A DNA stretch of 63,295 bases, filler included, from Reticulomyxa filosa (GCA_000512085.1; 24 parts of 24 records of this genome joined end to end with filler, not necessarily neighbours in it), one strand, 5' to 3'; shown: positions 42,770 through 55,779, counted from the whole stretch's first letter. The notes: generated by a model from the sequence alone, not told the origin. A program made the numbers and translations.

Positions 42770-42810
<41 letters not shown>

Positions 42811-42819
42811 TAGCCAATT

Positions 42820-44335
42820 ATCAAAACAAAGAAAGCAAAGAGACGATAATAATGAAATTAAAAAAACTGCGAAAAAATTGGAAAAAAAAAGAAGAAAACA
42901 AATCCATTGATGTGAACGGGATTCTAAGTAAACTAAGCAACGAGGATTTCGCGACCAAATCGTGGAAAGAGTTGTGTACGATTTGGGACGATGCAATAAA
43001 TGCGATCGTAAAGAGACAATATGAGCCATTTGTCACCAAAGTGTTAATAATAGATATGACAACTTGTTTGAATTTTGTCAGCGAGAAAAAAAAGAACACC
43101 GTAAACCACTCATTCTCTTATTGAAACACATTTTCGAAAAAATCATTGATCTGGCCATTACATTTCCTGTTCCTTGTTTTATTTCATGGATTGACACACT
43201 TATCAATGAGCTCATTAAGCCAATGGTTATAACATATATAAATATAAATATAAATATATTTATATTTATATTTATATTTGTATATGTTTGAATTGTTTTC
43301 TTTTTTTTTTTTTTTCAGAATATTGACTTAAGCATCAGTAAAGAAAAATCGTACTCACAATTACTGTGGCCCACGCTGTTGAAACGATTCAACACGATAA
43401 TAAAAAATGACGGCAGCCAAGATATGAAAAGAGACGCGAAGGAAGAGTGGGCCTATATGATCGAGATGGTAAAATGCCTAAGTCAACATCCGACAGTACT
43501 GTCGGCCTGTTCGCTCTGTGACATTGAGTTGAGAGTGTGGCTCGACGACATTTTCCCCGTGCTTGATTGGTGTCCGCGTTTCGTCACCGTCGCCAATGAT
43601 TTGCTCTGCATTCTGTTCAACGACGCCCTGGCCATGTTGAACCAGTTCCAAGCACGTAACGGCATGGAGTATTGCTTGTTGAACTTTGCCATTGTGTACA
43701 ACCATTACTTCATTGTTCGATTCATTTGTGAACAATTGAGAAAGCAATTCGAACGAGATCCTTCCTTATCAAAGTATGTATTGTGTTGTTCTTTTCTTCT
43801 TATCTACACATATATGCATATACACATATATATTTATATAGATATGTTTTACGTGGATCGAAAAATACGACTAATGGCATTGAGATGTGGAAAAGCATAA
43901 AACTTTCAGTGAAAGGCCAGCAGATGGTTGAAATATTCAAAATCCTCTTTTTTTATGTTGACGTGTTTACATTTGCCAACGAAGAAGAACAAGAAGAAAA
44001 AAAAGACATTTCCCGTTGTCCATTGGACCAACAGTGGCTGCAAGATATGATGTCTATATTGCTGCAGTATGCCAAGGATCGTGATCCCATCTCGTGCGAG
44101 GAACAGGCTAGTCTCATCGCGGAAATGATGTATCTTTACTGCTTTCGACAATATTTCATCTCTCAAAAACAAAAGACAGTGGTGATTGCGAAGCCGTTGT
44201 GGAAATGGGCGGAATCCAAACTCCACATTCTAAAGTCGTGGTTCTGCAAGATTTCCTGTGCTTCTTTGCGAAATAAGAAATCCACACTTGACGGTCTCAT
44301 CCATGAAATCATCCAATACGTCCTTTTGGGTTATG
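42820..44335 (+). CDS. Hypothetical alpha-helical repeat protein, internal exons
   Basis: Coding-like blocks separated by (TA)n introns (about 43227-43318 and about 43774-43841); no family recognised. Confidence 0.55.
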
Positions 44336-44394
44336 TGCAATTGAGGTACATTTAATCTGTCTGTGTTGTTTGATTGTTTAAAAACTGTTTGAGT

Positions 44395-44426
<32 letters not shown>

Positions 44427-44558
44427 CATGTTTGATTTTTTAGTTTCCCCGTCCATTANNNNNNNNNNNNNNNNNNNNNNNNNNNNNNNNNNNNNNNNNN
44501 NNTTAATTAATTAANNNNNNNNNNNNNNNNNNNNNNNNNNNNNNNNNNNNNNNNNNNN

Positions 44559-44608
<50 letters not shown>

Positions 44609-44619
44609 AACACCAAACA

Positions 44620-45334
44620 CATAATTTTGTTTGTTGTGCGGACATACGTTGGATAATTTTTTCAATTTTTGGCACGGGCACCCACACGGCTGATGACTTG
44701 GACGCTGATGGCTTCTTGGGATTCGTTGCGCCTCGCACGCCTTCTACAACTAAACGGACCCATTGGCCATCGCGGCCTGGTCTTGGTCCGATCGATGTCA
44801 CTTTCCCCTCGTTCTTGTTCTTCAATTGAACCTATTTCCAAATTTTTATGACTACTCAATCCATGTAGTTATGTGTATATAACTATATGCACAATATATG
44901 GTTTTGTAATGTTGGGTTAAACCAATATTTACTTTTTTAGGCTATTGCACCTCGCTCTCGTTTTGTTCTTTTTTTTTATGTTAGGTAACTCGGTCTCCCA
45001 CAAACAACACAAGTTTTGACCCGGTTTCTGCCACCGGCGTTCCGGCGTTTGACGCTTGACCACTATTTTTAATTTCACTCTTTACTGAGATTCTGGGGAC
45101 TGGACTTCCATTGCTGATTTTTGGTTCTGGTGCTGGTGTGTTTACTGGAGTTCTATTTACAATTGGAGAGGTCGGTACTTTAATCGTACTTCCTAATACA
45201 TTGCCTTGGCTGTTTTGTTTTCCATTACTCACAACCTCGCTTTGACTTGCTGACGTACTTTTCACATTAGTTATTATTTTTGTCACCACCTTCTCTTTCT
45301 CTTTCTCTTTTTTTCTGCCCCAAATTCTTGGCAT
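44620..45334 (-). CDS. Hypothetical protein with a low-complexity N-terminus and a CAP-Gly/SH3-barrel-like segment
   Basis: 'LFVGDRV' ... 'GKVTSIGPRPGRDGQWVRLVVEG'. Confidence 0.4.
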
Positions 45335-46829
45335 TGAGATTTTATTTGTTTCACCTTGTTTATTTTTAGTTTATTTCTTTACTTCTTATATTCCCTTTGC
45401 TTGGCTTGCTAAGTTCAAAAAAAAAATTTGTTTTTTCTTGAGAAAACATTGCATCTTCATCAATATTACCTTACAGTCCCGTTGTCATGATTAATCCTCA
45501 CACGTTTTATTTATCCGAGCTTTAGCTGCATATTTCTCAAAAATTAAAGCAATCAACTTACAAAGAAATAACTAAGTGTTCTCTCTTAACAAATATATTT
45601 ATGAATATTCTTAAAGCTGAAACACTGAAACGATTTCTAAAGTTCAAAATTTTCAATTAATTATTTAACTTTTTTTAATATGCTTACACAATTTTTTGTA
45701 AATATCTTTTAAGAAACACTTTCTTTGCCCAATTAAATATTTATTTATCGTTTTTTATTATTTGGTACCAAAAAATATTTGTTTTCCTGGGTTGCAGAAT
45801 ATTTTTTTGATTTTGCGCTATGATAACATTTTTGAAATTTGATTTTTAAAAAAAGAAATTCAGAAACGAAAACATTTCCACACTAAAGTTTTTGAAGTAA
45901 ACCATTTAAGCGTTTGCGCTCACAAATTTTCGCTTTTCACTGCTTAATCGAAATTGGCAGTTGTTCACTAATTTTCACAGAACAAACAAACATTTTGAGA
46001 GAATTACAGATGTGGAAAAAAAGCGAAAAGATATGTTTATGTGCAACATCTGTCATTGACGAATAAATATCTTCCAGAAATAAGCTTACAAAGCAATCTC
46101 AAAACGAGACGGCTGTGCAAACCTATTTACTGGCATATCTACTCGGTATTGGTGGCTGTTCCAGTTTAATATTTCGTCTTTTGATGGATTGTTTTCTTCA
46201 AAAAAGAAAACAACCTGTCAAGCCCATTATCTCATCAGAAGCTTCAAGACAACTTGCTTGACAAGACGTGAACATTATAAACCACATCAGTAACCAAGAA
46301 GGAAAAATAAAGATGGAATAACTGTTTTGGTTGTGAACTTCCAGTTTAGCAACAGCTGCGACTTTCCGTGCGTGGTTTGTAGTTTTTTTTTAACAAACAT
46401 TGGTCATGTTTCAGTTGGTTTATGTTATGTTTATGTCAAATCCATTTGACCAGACCATCTCATTGCTATTTTTACACTGGAAAAGTTAAACAACGCAAAG
46501 AACTTTTTGAGTAAAGGTTCCTGTCAACTGAACAGAAAAGAACGACTCTAGAGAACAAAGATATCTTGTCATACTTGTATAAAAAGTATAAAGGAAAAAA
46601 AAAGATTTTACATTCAAAAAATATAATTTTTAAAATATGCTACTGCTTGTCTTTGCTGTTTGAAAGTTCAGAGCTCTTCTTTCGTTTAAACTCGTGATGC
46701 GAAATATTGACACACTAAACATTTTTGAAATTTTCTTTACATAGAAAAACATTTTGAATAAAATGGAGTAAAAGCCAAGGGAAAAACGGGTTGACGAAGA
46801 AAGTTTGACTTGGGGCAGGTTCAAAAATT

Positions 46830-47104
46830 ATGAACGAAACTGAGCGATTTCGAAGTCAAACAGTGCAAGCTCGAGTGGAGCATTTTACGAAACTACAAGA
46901 TAGAGTAGATCCAGAGCGTCCGCGGCCGAATCCCCCGCCTCCACGAAGAGAGCATGGAAAAAGCGGCAGTGACGAAGTGGAACCAGAACCCCCTGAAGTA
47001 GATCAAGAAATGCCCCCCGAGCAAATAGTGGTGGAGGATCCAGAAAATGATACCTCTGCACAGCCATTGTCAATCGTGCAGTCTACAACAGCTTTTGTCT
47101 CTGA
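46830..47104 (+). CDS. Pro/Glu-rich N-terminal exon of a hypothetical protein
   Basis: ATG, coding-like composition, GT donor near 47105. Confidence 0.5.
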
Positions 47105-48708
47105 GGTATCAGTAATAAGCACAGTTCATATACCTTGCTTGCTTGGCATATACATATATAANNNNNNNNNNNNNNNNNNNNNNNNNNNNNNNNNNNNNNN
47201 NNNNNTTAATTAATTAANNNNNNNNNNNNNNNNNNNNNNNNNNNNNNNNNNNNNNNNNNNNTTGGATACCATTGAATGAATTAATAAATTATTGTAATAA
47301 ACAGACCAGTGGATGGTGTTACTAATATCATCAATCAAAACGGAATTATGGTAATGAAGGTATTGCATATCCTTGTTCGAATAACAATGCTTTACAAAAT
47401 TTAAATAATGAAAATTCATACAATGGTCATTACATTGTTCTTCATAAAGCAGTACAATCAGGAATTGATTATGAAACACAAAAACGACAAAAATAATAAA
47501 GAGTAATGAACATATGTAAATGGATATTAAAACAACGAGCCATATATCTAATGAAGAAAATTGAATATGCAATGGATTATGTGAAAGATAAATTGGTTGA
47601 TGAAAGATGGTATTATCAAATTCATTGATGAAGAGAGCTATGAAACATTATTGCAAGAAGGGCGACTTTCTTATTGATAGTGAGTCAGAATGGTTTGAAA
47701 GAGCATTAATCAAGTAATTTGTTGTATTGGATAGCAAGTAGAAATGTAATGACTATAGTAGCTGAAACTACAAATAAAAAAAGATTTGATGAAGAATGGG
47801 TTTTTTGACCATTTGGTCAGTTACATAAGGACATCAAATTGCGAGTCCAAATGATTCATTTGAGACTTTTGTTGTCTTTTATTTTAAGTTAAGTTATTGA
47901 TGTTTCTAAGATTCAAATATTTTTGCAAAATTCAATTAATTACTTTGATCACAAAAATACTCTCTCCTTTCATGAGCAATTGGATAATAATATCTCGCTT
48001 TTGATTTGTAAATTTTTTAGTGTATATGTTCATCTGATTGCAGTCAAAAATCTGCATATCCTTGCTTAAGAACATTTATGGAAATTAACATTGTTGTATC
48101 TTCTTCTACTTCTTGTTTTCTTGATTTTTTCAATATCGATATGACACCAGCACAACTTGTTCCCATAATGTGTTTCTTGAAATATTCAAATAAAATGACA
48201 TAAATAGCTTTTCCTTTGGATTGGTTATAAACAAATTGTTTTGTTGTAAGGAAGAGAGATGTGTATGATTGAACTCTATTTTTAATGAAATATGAAAATT
48301 GAATTGAAATTGTTAACATCAAAGGAATAATCATAAATATGAACACTTATTCAAATATCTTACAATTTATTCTGAAAAGTATTTCTGCTTACACAGATTT
48401 AATACAAAATTCAAAAATAAGTAACATTGTATTGCTTATTTTTTAATTGTTGTTATTGATCATTGTGATGCAAAGATATTTTACAAAATGTAACATTTAT
48501 CTTTCATTTCAAAATGTTTCTTGTGTACACATTAGTTCAGCTTTTCCTTTCTTAAATAAAAGTTCAACCATTTTTTTCACTTGCATCATCAAAAAACATA
48601 TCAAGAANNNNNNNNNNNNNNNNNNNNNNNNNNNNNNNNNNNNNNNNNNNNTTAATTAATTAANNNNNNNNNNNNNNNNNNNNNNNNNNNNNNNNNNNNN
48701 NNNNNNNG

Positions 48709-48807
48709 ACGCGTGTCGTCACCGCGATGGCCGCCAACCTGCAGTCCAAGGTCGAGTACGACACCGGCGTCGAAGGCACCCGTGCCAGCCTGCGGTTTAG
48801 GCTGTAG
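48709..48807 (+). CDS. Bacterial sensor histidine kinase C-terminus (end of HATPase domain)
   Basis: TRVVTAMAANLQSKVEYDTGVEGTRASLRFRL* resembles the post-G2-box end of HWE/HisKA_2 kinases. Confidence 0.55.
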   Translation, partial: TRVVTAMAANLQSKVEYDTGVEGTRASLRFRL

Positions 48808-48838
48808 GGTCTTTCCGGGTCCGATAGCATCACCACCA

Positions 48839-48946
48839 AACCTCATGCTGAGGAGCGCTTCGTAGAAGCGCGTCTCGAAGCATGGGAACGAGCACCGCGC
48901 CTGTTGCCCATCCTTCGAGACGCGCCCCGAGGCGGCGGCTCCTCAG
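48839..48946. repeat. Alphaproteobacterial REP-like palindromic element, interrupted by the IS and completed at 50472-50485
   Basis: AACCTCATGCTGAGGAGC...GCGCGTCTCGAAGCATG / CATCCTTCGAGACGCGC...GCTCCTCAG|GGTGAGGTT; lies between convergent genes. Confidence 0.8.
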
Positions 48947-50471
48947 AACCTGTGAATCTTTGTCTTTCGGATGCGCGCCGGGGATGATTCCATCGAAGCG
49001 AATTTGGTGGAGGTGTTGATGCCGGAGAAGGATCTGTTCGAAGGCCTTCCGGAGCAGTCGGTGGCGAAGGCCGAGCCCGGCTCGGGCAAGCCGCGGATGC
49101 GCGAACCGGAGCGGCGGCAGGTTGAACTTCGGGCGGTGGACCTCGACAGCCTTCTGTCGGCGGATCATCCGGCGCGTGTGATCTGGGGTTATGTCGAGCG
49201 GCTGGACCTGAAGGTGCTGGAGGACGCGATCGGGGCCCGCGAGCACACGCCGGGGCAGGCTCCGGCGAGCCCGCGCCTTCTGCTGGCGCTGTGGCTCTAT
49301 GCGACGAGCCAGGGCGTGGGCAGCGCGCGGGCGCTGGAGCGGCTGTGCGCGAGCCACGATGGGTATCGGTGGCTGTGCGGCGGGGTGAGCGTGAACTATC
49401 ACGGCCTGGCCGACTTCCGCAGCGGTCATGGCGAACTGCTGGACCGGCTTCTGACGCACAACATCGCGGCGCTCATGGCGGACGATCGGATCGAGCTTGC
49501 CGAGGTGGTGCAGGACGGGGTCCGGGTGCGGGCCGGCGCGGGAGCGTCTTCGTTCCGCCGCCGGCAGAGCCTGCACAAGCACCTGAAGAAGGCGCGCCGG
49601 CTGGTCGAGTACCTGAAGCGGGAGATCGACGAGGACCCCGACGCCAGCAACCGGCGCATCAAGGCGGCCCAGGAGCGGGCCGCGCGCGAGCGCGAGGAGC
49701 GCGTGGCGGCCGCGCTCGACAAGCTGGCCGAGATCGAGGCCGAGCGGGAGCGGCGCGGCAAGACCAACAAGAAGCAGGTGGCCGGGCAGAAGGAGCCTCG
49801 CGCCTCGACCACCGATCCTCAGGCGCGCGTCATGAAGATGGCGGATGGCGGCTTCCGGCCGGCCTACAACTGCCAGATCGGCACGGTGGCCGAAGGCCAG
49901 ATCGTGGTCGACGTCGCCATCGACACCACGGGTTCGGACCGCGGCCTGCTGCGGCCCATGCTGGAGCGGCTGAAAGAGCGCTATCAACGGCAGCCCCGGC
50001 GCCATCTGGTCGATGGGGGCTTCCACAAGAACGAGGATACGGAGGAGGCGTTCGAGCAGGGTGTGTTGATCTACGGACCGACCACCCGGAACAAGCACAA
50101 GAGCGACCCCTATGCGCCGCGGCCCAAGGACGGCCCCGGCGTTGCCGCCTGGCGCCGGCGCATGCGGAGCCCGCACGGCAAGGGCGTCTACAAACGACGG
50201 GCGATGGGCGAGTGCATCAACGCCCGCTTCCGGCAGTGGGGCCTGCGCCAGTTCACCGTGCGCGGCGTTCACAAGGTCAAAACCGTCCTGCTCTGGTTCG
50301 CCCTCGCCAACAACATCATCGCCGGCCATCGCCTCAGGACAGCCAACGCATGACCAGGCCGTTGCGGGACCTGCACGGCTATGGCCGCCAAACCCGCCCG
50401 TGGCGACAAGGCCCAGCGCACCATCCCGCGCGAACCCAAACCCGAGAGCTTGCCGAATACGCTCACAAGCT
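48947..50471 (+). mobile_element. IS1182-family insertion sequence (about 1525 bp)
   Basis: Imperfect IRs AACCTGTGA / TCACAAGCT; flanking direct repeat CTCAG at 48942-48946 and 50472-50476; single transposase ORF. Confidence 0.88.
49019..50353 (+). CDS. IS1182-family DDE transposase
   Basis: GGAGG RBS at 49009; 'DHPARVI', 'PRLLLALWLYA', 'SARALER', 'QDGVRVRA', 'STTDPQARVMK', 'YNCQ', 'LVDGGF', 'YKRR..GECINARFR'. Confidence 0.93.
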   Translation: MPEKDLFEGLPEQSVAKAEPGSGKPRMREPERRQVELRAVDLDSLLSADHPARVIWGYVERLDLKVLEDAIGAREHTPGQAPASPRLLLALWLYATSQGVGSARALERLCASHDGYRWLCGGVSVNYHGLADFRSGHGELLDRLLTHNIAALMADDRIELAEVVQDGVRVRAGAGASSFRRRQSLHKHLKKARRLVEYLKREIDEDPDASNRRIKAAQERAAREREERVAAALDKLAEIEAERERRGKTNKKQVAGQKEPRASTTDPQARVMKMADGGFRPAYNCQIGTVAEGQIVVDVAIDTTGSDRGLLRPMLERLKERYQRQPRRHLVDGGFHKNEDTEEAFEQGVLIYGPTTRNKHKSDPYAPRPKDGPGVAAWRRRMRSPHGKGVYKRRAMGECINARFRQWGLRQFTVRGVHKVKTVLLWFALANNIIAGHRLRTANA

Positions 50472-50515
50472 CTCAGGGTGAGGTTAGTGCCTGAATCGAT
50501 TCAATTCAGTTCCGG

Positions 50516-50798
50516 TCAGCCCATCACCCAGCGCGGCAGGCCCAGCGCGATGTCGGGGAAGGCCATGAGGAGCAGGATCAGGCCCAGCATCGAGGCCACG
50601 AACGGCAGGGCGCCGCGGATCACGTCGGCGATGGCGCCGGTCCCGCGCAGGCTCTGCACGACGTAGAGGTTGAGGCCGACCGGTGGCGTCACCAGCGCCG
50701 CCTCGATCAGGATGGTCAGCACGATCCCCCACCAGATCGGATCCCAGCCCAGCCCGACCACGATCGGGAACACGAACGGCGTCGTGAGGATCATCATG
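50516..50798 (-). CDS. dctM: TRAP transporter large permease C-terminus
   Basis: 'GWDPIWWGI', 'TPPVGLNLYVV', 'RGALPF', 'FPDIALGLP'. Confidence 0.92.
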
Positions 50799-51998
50799 NN
50801 NNNNNNNNNNNNNNNNNNNNNNNNNNNNNNNNNNNNNNNNNNTTAATTAATTAANNNNNNNNNNNNNNNNNNNNNNNNNNNNNNNNNNNNNNNNNNNNGG
50901 GATAATTTACTGTTTTGTCGAATAAGAAATGAAAGTTTGATTAAAAGAAAAATAAGCTGATATTAAACTTGTTTGATTTGATTAAATGCAAGAATTGAAG
51001 GATGTATTTTATCACTTTGTTGTTTAAATTGAAAAGTATAATAATAAAAATTATATGATTAAGACTATTTTGAAAAGCGAATGTTTTTTAAACTATAGTA
51101 GATTTCACAAAAAAACTGCCATATCTAAATGACATATATGTAAAGAGAATTCATTTTTTTCATGAAAAATAAATACTTAAACATAATTTTTTAAAAAATA
51201 TCTACAAATATTGTAAAGTGTGAAACTGCAAAAGATAATTTAATATTATGTGCAATTCATACTTTGCTTATTATATGATTGTGGAATCAAAGAAAAAACT
51301 CTTTATTTTGTCATCGTGATTTATTTCAATATACTTGATGGACAAACACTTTTATTTTGTATTTATCTAATTGTGATTATTGTCATAACAGTGCATGTAT
51401 AACGCATTTCTTGATTGTCATAGTTGATCCAACATCATATTCTCTCCTCTTATCATGTTTAATTAATAAAAAATTGTCAGTATTCTTGCTTTCTTGATGC
51501 ACAATCAGTAATGGTTTGGGTAAAATTTGATGGATCAACGTACATTTATTGATCAAAGGAACTGTACTCACTTTATTATCTTGCTTTTTCTTAAATTTAT
51601 CATTGAAAAAATTCGATATTTCAAATTTTTAATAATATCCAATGTTTTTCGCAATAGAAAACATATATATATATATATATGATGAATTACTACAAACAAA
51701 AAAAAACAATACTTGCAATTTTTTTGATTTTCACTTATTATGCTTAACTCTTTAAAAAACATTGAACGTAATTTTTTGAATATTTTTAAACAACAAAGTA
51801 AGATAAAACGTATTTTTTAATACTTGCATTCAATCAATCAAACAAGTTTAACATCACATTAATTTTCTTAATCAAAAAAAAACACTTTCATTTTTTATNN
51901 NNNNNNNNNNNNNNNNNNNNNNNNNNNNNNNNNNNNNNNNNNTTAATTAATTAANNNNNNNNNNNNNNNNNNNNNNNNNNNNNNNNNNNNNNNNNNNN

Positions 51999-52453
51999 TG
52001 ATAAACTTGTGTTATAAAGATGCGTCGTGCACGCAAATGTATGATCCTACCGTACAATGTCCTCCAAACAGTCAATATAATGGCACCTTGTGCTTCGATC
52101 AAGAAACATGTGGCGTCACTAGCGCTTACGATTGCCAGTTTAGCACTGCGCCATACTCGTGCTCACCTTCCGACTTGTCTGGAAAATATGGCACAGGTGC
52201 TGCAAACACATCGCTGGCTGTGGCTGGATGGGATGACTTGATGGTTCCTTTGTCCCAATTGAAGACAAAATACTTTGCCTTTTATTGCACTGACACTTGG
52301 AAAACCGCTAAATGTGAGTCTTGGACTGTGGCCACGTATACAACAACTTCTACTTCTGCTCCTTCTCCTTCCTCAACTCCTGCAAGCTCTGCATCAACTG
52401 TCACTACTCTCGTCTCTGCTTGTCTGGCTGTATTTGCCTTGTTGTGGATTTAA
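51999..52453 (+). CDS. Putative GPI-anchored Cu-SOD-like (SOD5-type fold) surface protein, 5'-partial
   Basis: 'YDPT', 'CSPSDLSGKYG' (cf. C..GDLSGKHG), S/T/P-rich stalk, terminal hydrophobic GPI-type signal. Confidence 0.55.
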
Positions 52454-52964
52454 AACAATTTGTTTGTTTGTTTTGAGAAAAGGATTAAGAAAGCCCTTCT
52501 TTTTTGTTTTTGTTTTTGTTTTTGAGTTGTGTTAAGTTAGAAACAAAAATGCACAACCATACTAGCACTGCCAAGTGTCTTTCTTTTCTCCTTTATCATT
52601 GCTATTTGTTGTTTACTTTTTGTTTTCTCATAGAGATTTTACTCTTTGTATTTCTTTTTTTTTTGACAAAATCGTCTGCTCCTACAAGTCAAACAATTAA
52701 ATGTTACTAAGATGTGTCACAGTATATTTGTTGTTTGCTTTTATATCACGCAAAAAAAAAAAAAAGTATTTAGCTCACTGTTGTTTATTCAAAAATCACT
52801 GATAACAGATCGGAAAGGGTGATTAGCTTATCTAAAAAAATAAATTAATAATTCATTTAGTATGGCTTGAATTTTAATTTAAACGTGTACAAAAACTGCT
52901 TCATTATTAAAACTAGTTTTTTTTGGACTGTTTTGCTACTCAAAAGTAAAACTAGTTTTTGTGA

Positions 52965-53592
52965 AAGTACCTTTTTTTAGAAGTGTACTTAGAAAGCTCA
53001 GAAGACCAAAACACGAAGGTGTGATGATCGGAACGTCACAAAAGGATGCCTATGTTGGAGATGAGGCACAAAGTAAGAGGTATTTTGCAATTAAATATCA
53101 TATTGAATACTGTACAGTCACCAGTTGGGACGATGTGGAGAAAATGTTTTGTTTTACATCGAGTTGAGGACATTAAGGAAAAATTAGCTTATGTTGTCGA
53201 AGATTACCACGCAGGATTGAAGAAAGTTGAAACATCGAATGATATTGAGAAAAACTACGAATTGACTGACGGACAAGTTATCATCATTGGCGCTGAACGA
53301 TTCAGACGCACTAAGGTATTGTTATCACCAACTTATTGGAAAGGAAGCGAGGGAATCCATAAATTGGCTTACAAAAATATCATGAAATGTGATTTGGACA
53401 TATGCCGAGATTTGTACACAACAATTGTTGTCTGGAGATAAGACTATGTTAAATAGCATTGATGTCCGTTTAAATAAGGAAATGACTACTGCCAGCATCA
53501 GAGTAAAAATTGTTGCTCTAATGAAAGAAAATACAGTATCTAGATTGTGTAAATCATTTTGGCAGCTTGTCTATGAAATCGTTTGGCTATGA
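52965..53592 (+). pseudogene. ACT: Actin pseudogene with a large internal deletion and frameshifts
   Basis: '[26 protein letters not shown]', 'WDDVEK', then a jump to 'DIKEKLAYV', 'YELTDGQVIIIGAERFR', 'IMKCDLDICRDLY'. Confidence 0.92.
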
Positions 53593-54127
53593 AGCAAAAT
53601 TTTAAAAATACTACACGTTGACATAAAATGAACATCTTAAAAATAAAAACATACTAAAATTTGTTGATTTAAATTTTTTACAATTAACGTAAACTTAGAT
53701 TATGCAAACTACGTTAAAAAAGTAATTAGTCAGATCATAGTTACAATCACATCTTAAACTGTATTTCAGAGAATATTCATTGATAATTTTGGAAATATTT
53801 TCAGTCTACAAAAAATGATGCAAAGTAAACTTTAAAGTTGATAATGACATAGCAAAACTAAAACCGATAAATGTATCATTCATCAACAACAAAAATCTTT
53901 GTTTAAAACCTTTTGGACATGAAACTAACTTGTCATAACATGCACAATCTAAATCCTTTTTTAAAATTGTTCTTTGAAAAGAATAGATATGTTCAATAAT
54001 ATTGTAATATTGTCGAAGTACTTTTGACAACGTATTCATAGCTTTGACATAAAAAAGCTCACGCAATTTTTTTTATCTATCATCCCACATAATCTAAACA
54101 GAGTCCCGAAAGAATGGCCACTTTTTG

Positions 54128-55505
54128 CAATGAAAAACAAACATCAGTACAACAAGAATTGGTATGCTTCATTTCAAGCTTTCTGAAAGAGGTTATCTTT
54201 AAGTTTTATTATACTTATTGTATGTGACTTGATGAATTAGTCAGAAGAAGAAGCCCAAATAATTATTCAACATTGGATTCGAACATTACACATTAGATTA
54301 GGATGGATCCAAGATTTTGACATACTTGTTGGAAACTATGTTATGTTTTTTATTCGAGTTTCGTTCAATATTTTCAAATATTTTTTGCTTTTATTATTTT
54401 TTATACAGGCAACTACATCCTTCATGCTTGAATCGTTTTGTTCAAAGTCTAAATTAATTAAAACATTCATTGGACACATTCGATTTGTAAACAGTATTGA
54501 CTGTTCGACATTTGATAATTGTCAATGTATTTGTTCGGGATCGTATGATAAAACAGTTCGTGTATGGAATATAGAGACCAACGAACAAATTCAATTATTC
54601 AATGGACATTCAAGTTATGTATATTGCGTGAAATTTTCATCATATCATTATCACAATAATCGTAGGAATGTCATTTGTTCTTCATCAGCTGACAAAACGA
54701 TTCGATTTTGGGATATCAAAGATAATCAACAATTCCAAATATTCAATGGACACACAAATGGCGTTAATGGTATTGAATTTTCACCATTTAACAATGGCCG
54801 ATATTTGTGTTCTGGATCTGATGACAAAACAATTTGTCTATGGGATGTTGAAACATCCGAGTCATTACATGTTTTCAATGGACATGAAAATAATGTTTGT
54901 TGTGTGGCTATTTCACCATTGCAAAGCAATAATAGAAATAATAATGATAATAAAAGTAATAGTATTGGAGTGATTGGTGGTAATGGATATAATATTTGTT
55001 CTGGATCAATGGATAAAACCATTCGTATATGGGATATTGAAACAGCTAAGCAATTACTTGATTCAAAGGACATGAACATTGGATTAGCGTTGTAAAATAT
55101 GGATCAAATGAATTAGGAATTAATGGTGGCGCAAATACAATATTATCTGGATCAAATGATTCCAGTGTTCGTCTGTGGGATATTCGATCTGGCCAACAAA
55201 TTCAAGTATTTAATGGACATAAATATTCTGTGTATGTTGTTGAATATTCACCATTTGTAGTAAATAATATTGAAATTGGTGGTAATTCAAATGTGATATG
55301 TTCTGGATCATATGATAACACAATTCGATTTTGGGATATTCGATCAAATAAGAAGCAATTGTATGTAATAAAAGGAGATTATAAAGATGATGGAATATTA
55401 TGTCTTAAATTCTTCCAATTGAAAAAAAACAGAAAAGGCAATAATGATTGTGGTATTAATTTATGCTATGGTTCAAACAATGGCCCAATTCGCATTTGGG
55501 GTTAG
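54128..55505 (+). CDS. WD40 protein with N-terminal 'GW' module exon (54241-54339); frameshift near 55060
   Basis: ICSGS.DKTIR.WD repeats, 'VIGGNGY', 'LCYGSNNGPIRIWG*'; paralogous to the propeller at 40215-41200. Confidence 0.88.
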
Positions 55506-55779
55506 TATCATTTTTTAACAATTACAAATTGTTTGATTCTTTTTGAGTAAATCGAATGAAATAACTTTCCTCTGCTGATCAACATGTTTACTTCAAACTT
55601 TTCTCATATCATTACATGTTCTGTTTACAATTGTTCGACGAAGTTACTACAATTAAATAGTGTAATTTCTTTTAAAGCTCTTTCATCTATGGTGCACAAA
55701 CTTCAAAGTAAATGAATTTTTGGAAAGACGCTGTTGAAATCACAATATCACTTTATTTTCCGCGTTCCTTAAGGAATAC

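Noticed and set aside
47262-48607. Decayed coding or HEAT-repeat remnant
   Set aside because: Coding-like texture, but no motif I can assign.
48830-50481. 499-aa antisense and 396-aa alternative-frame ORFs over the transposase
   Set aside because: Expected from high GC3 codon bias.
50899-51898. Short ORFs in the AT-rich contig
   Set aside because: No motifs; appears non-coding.
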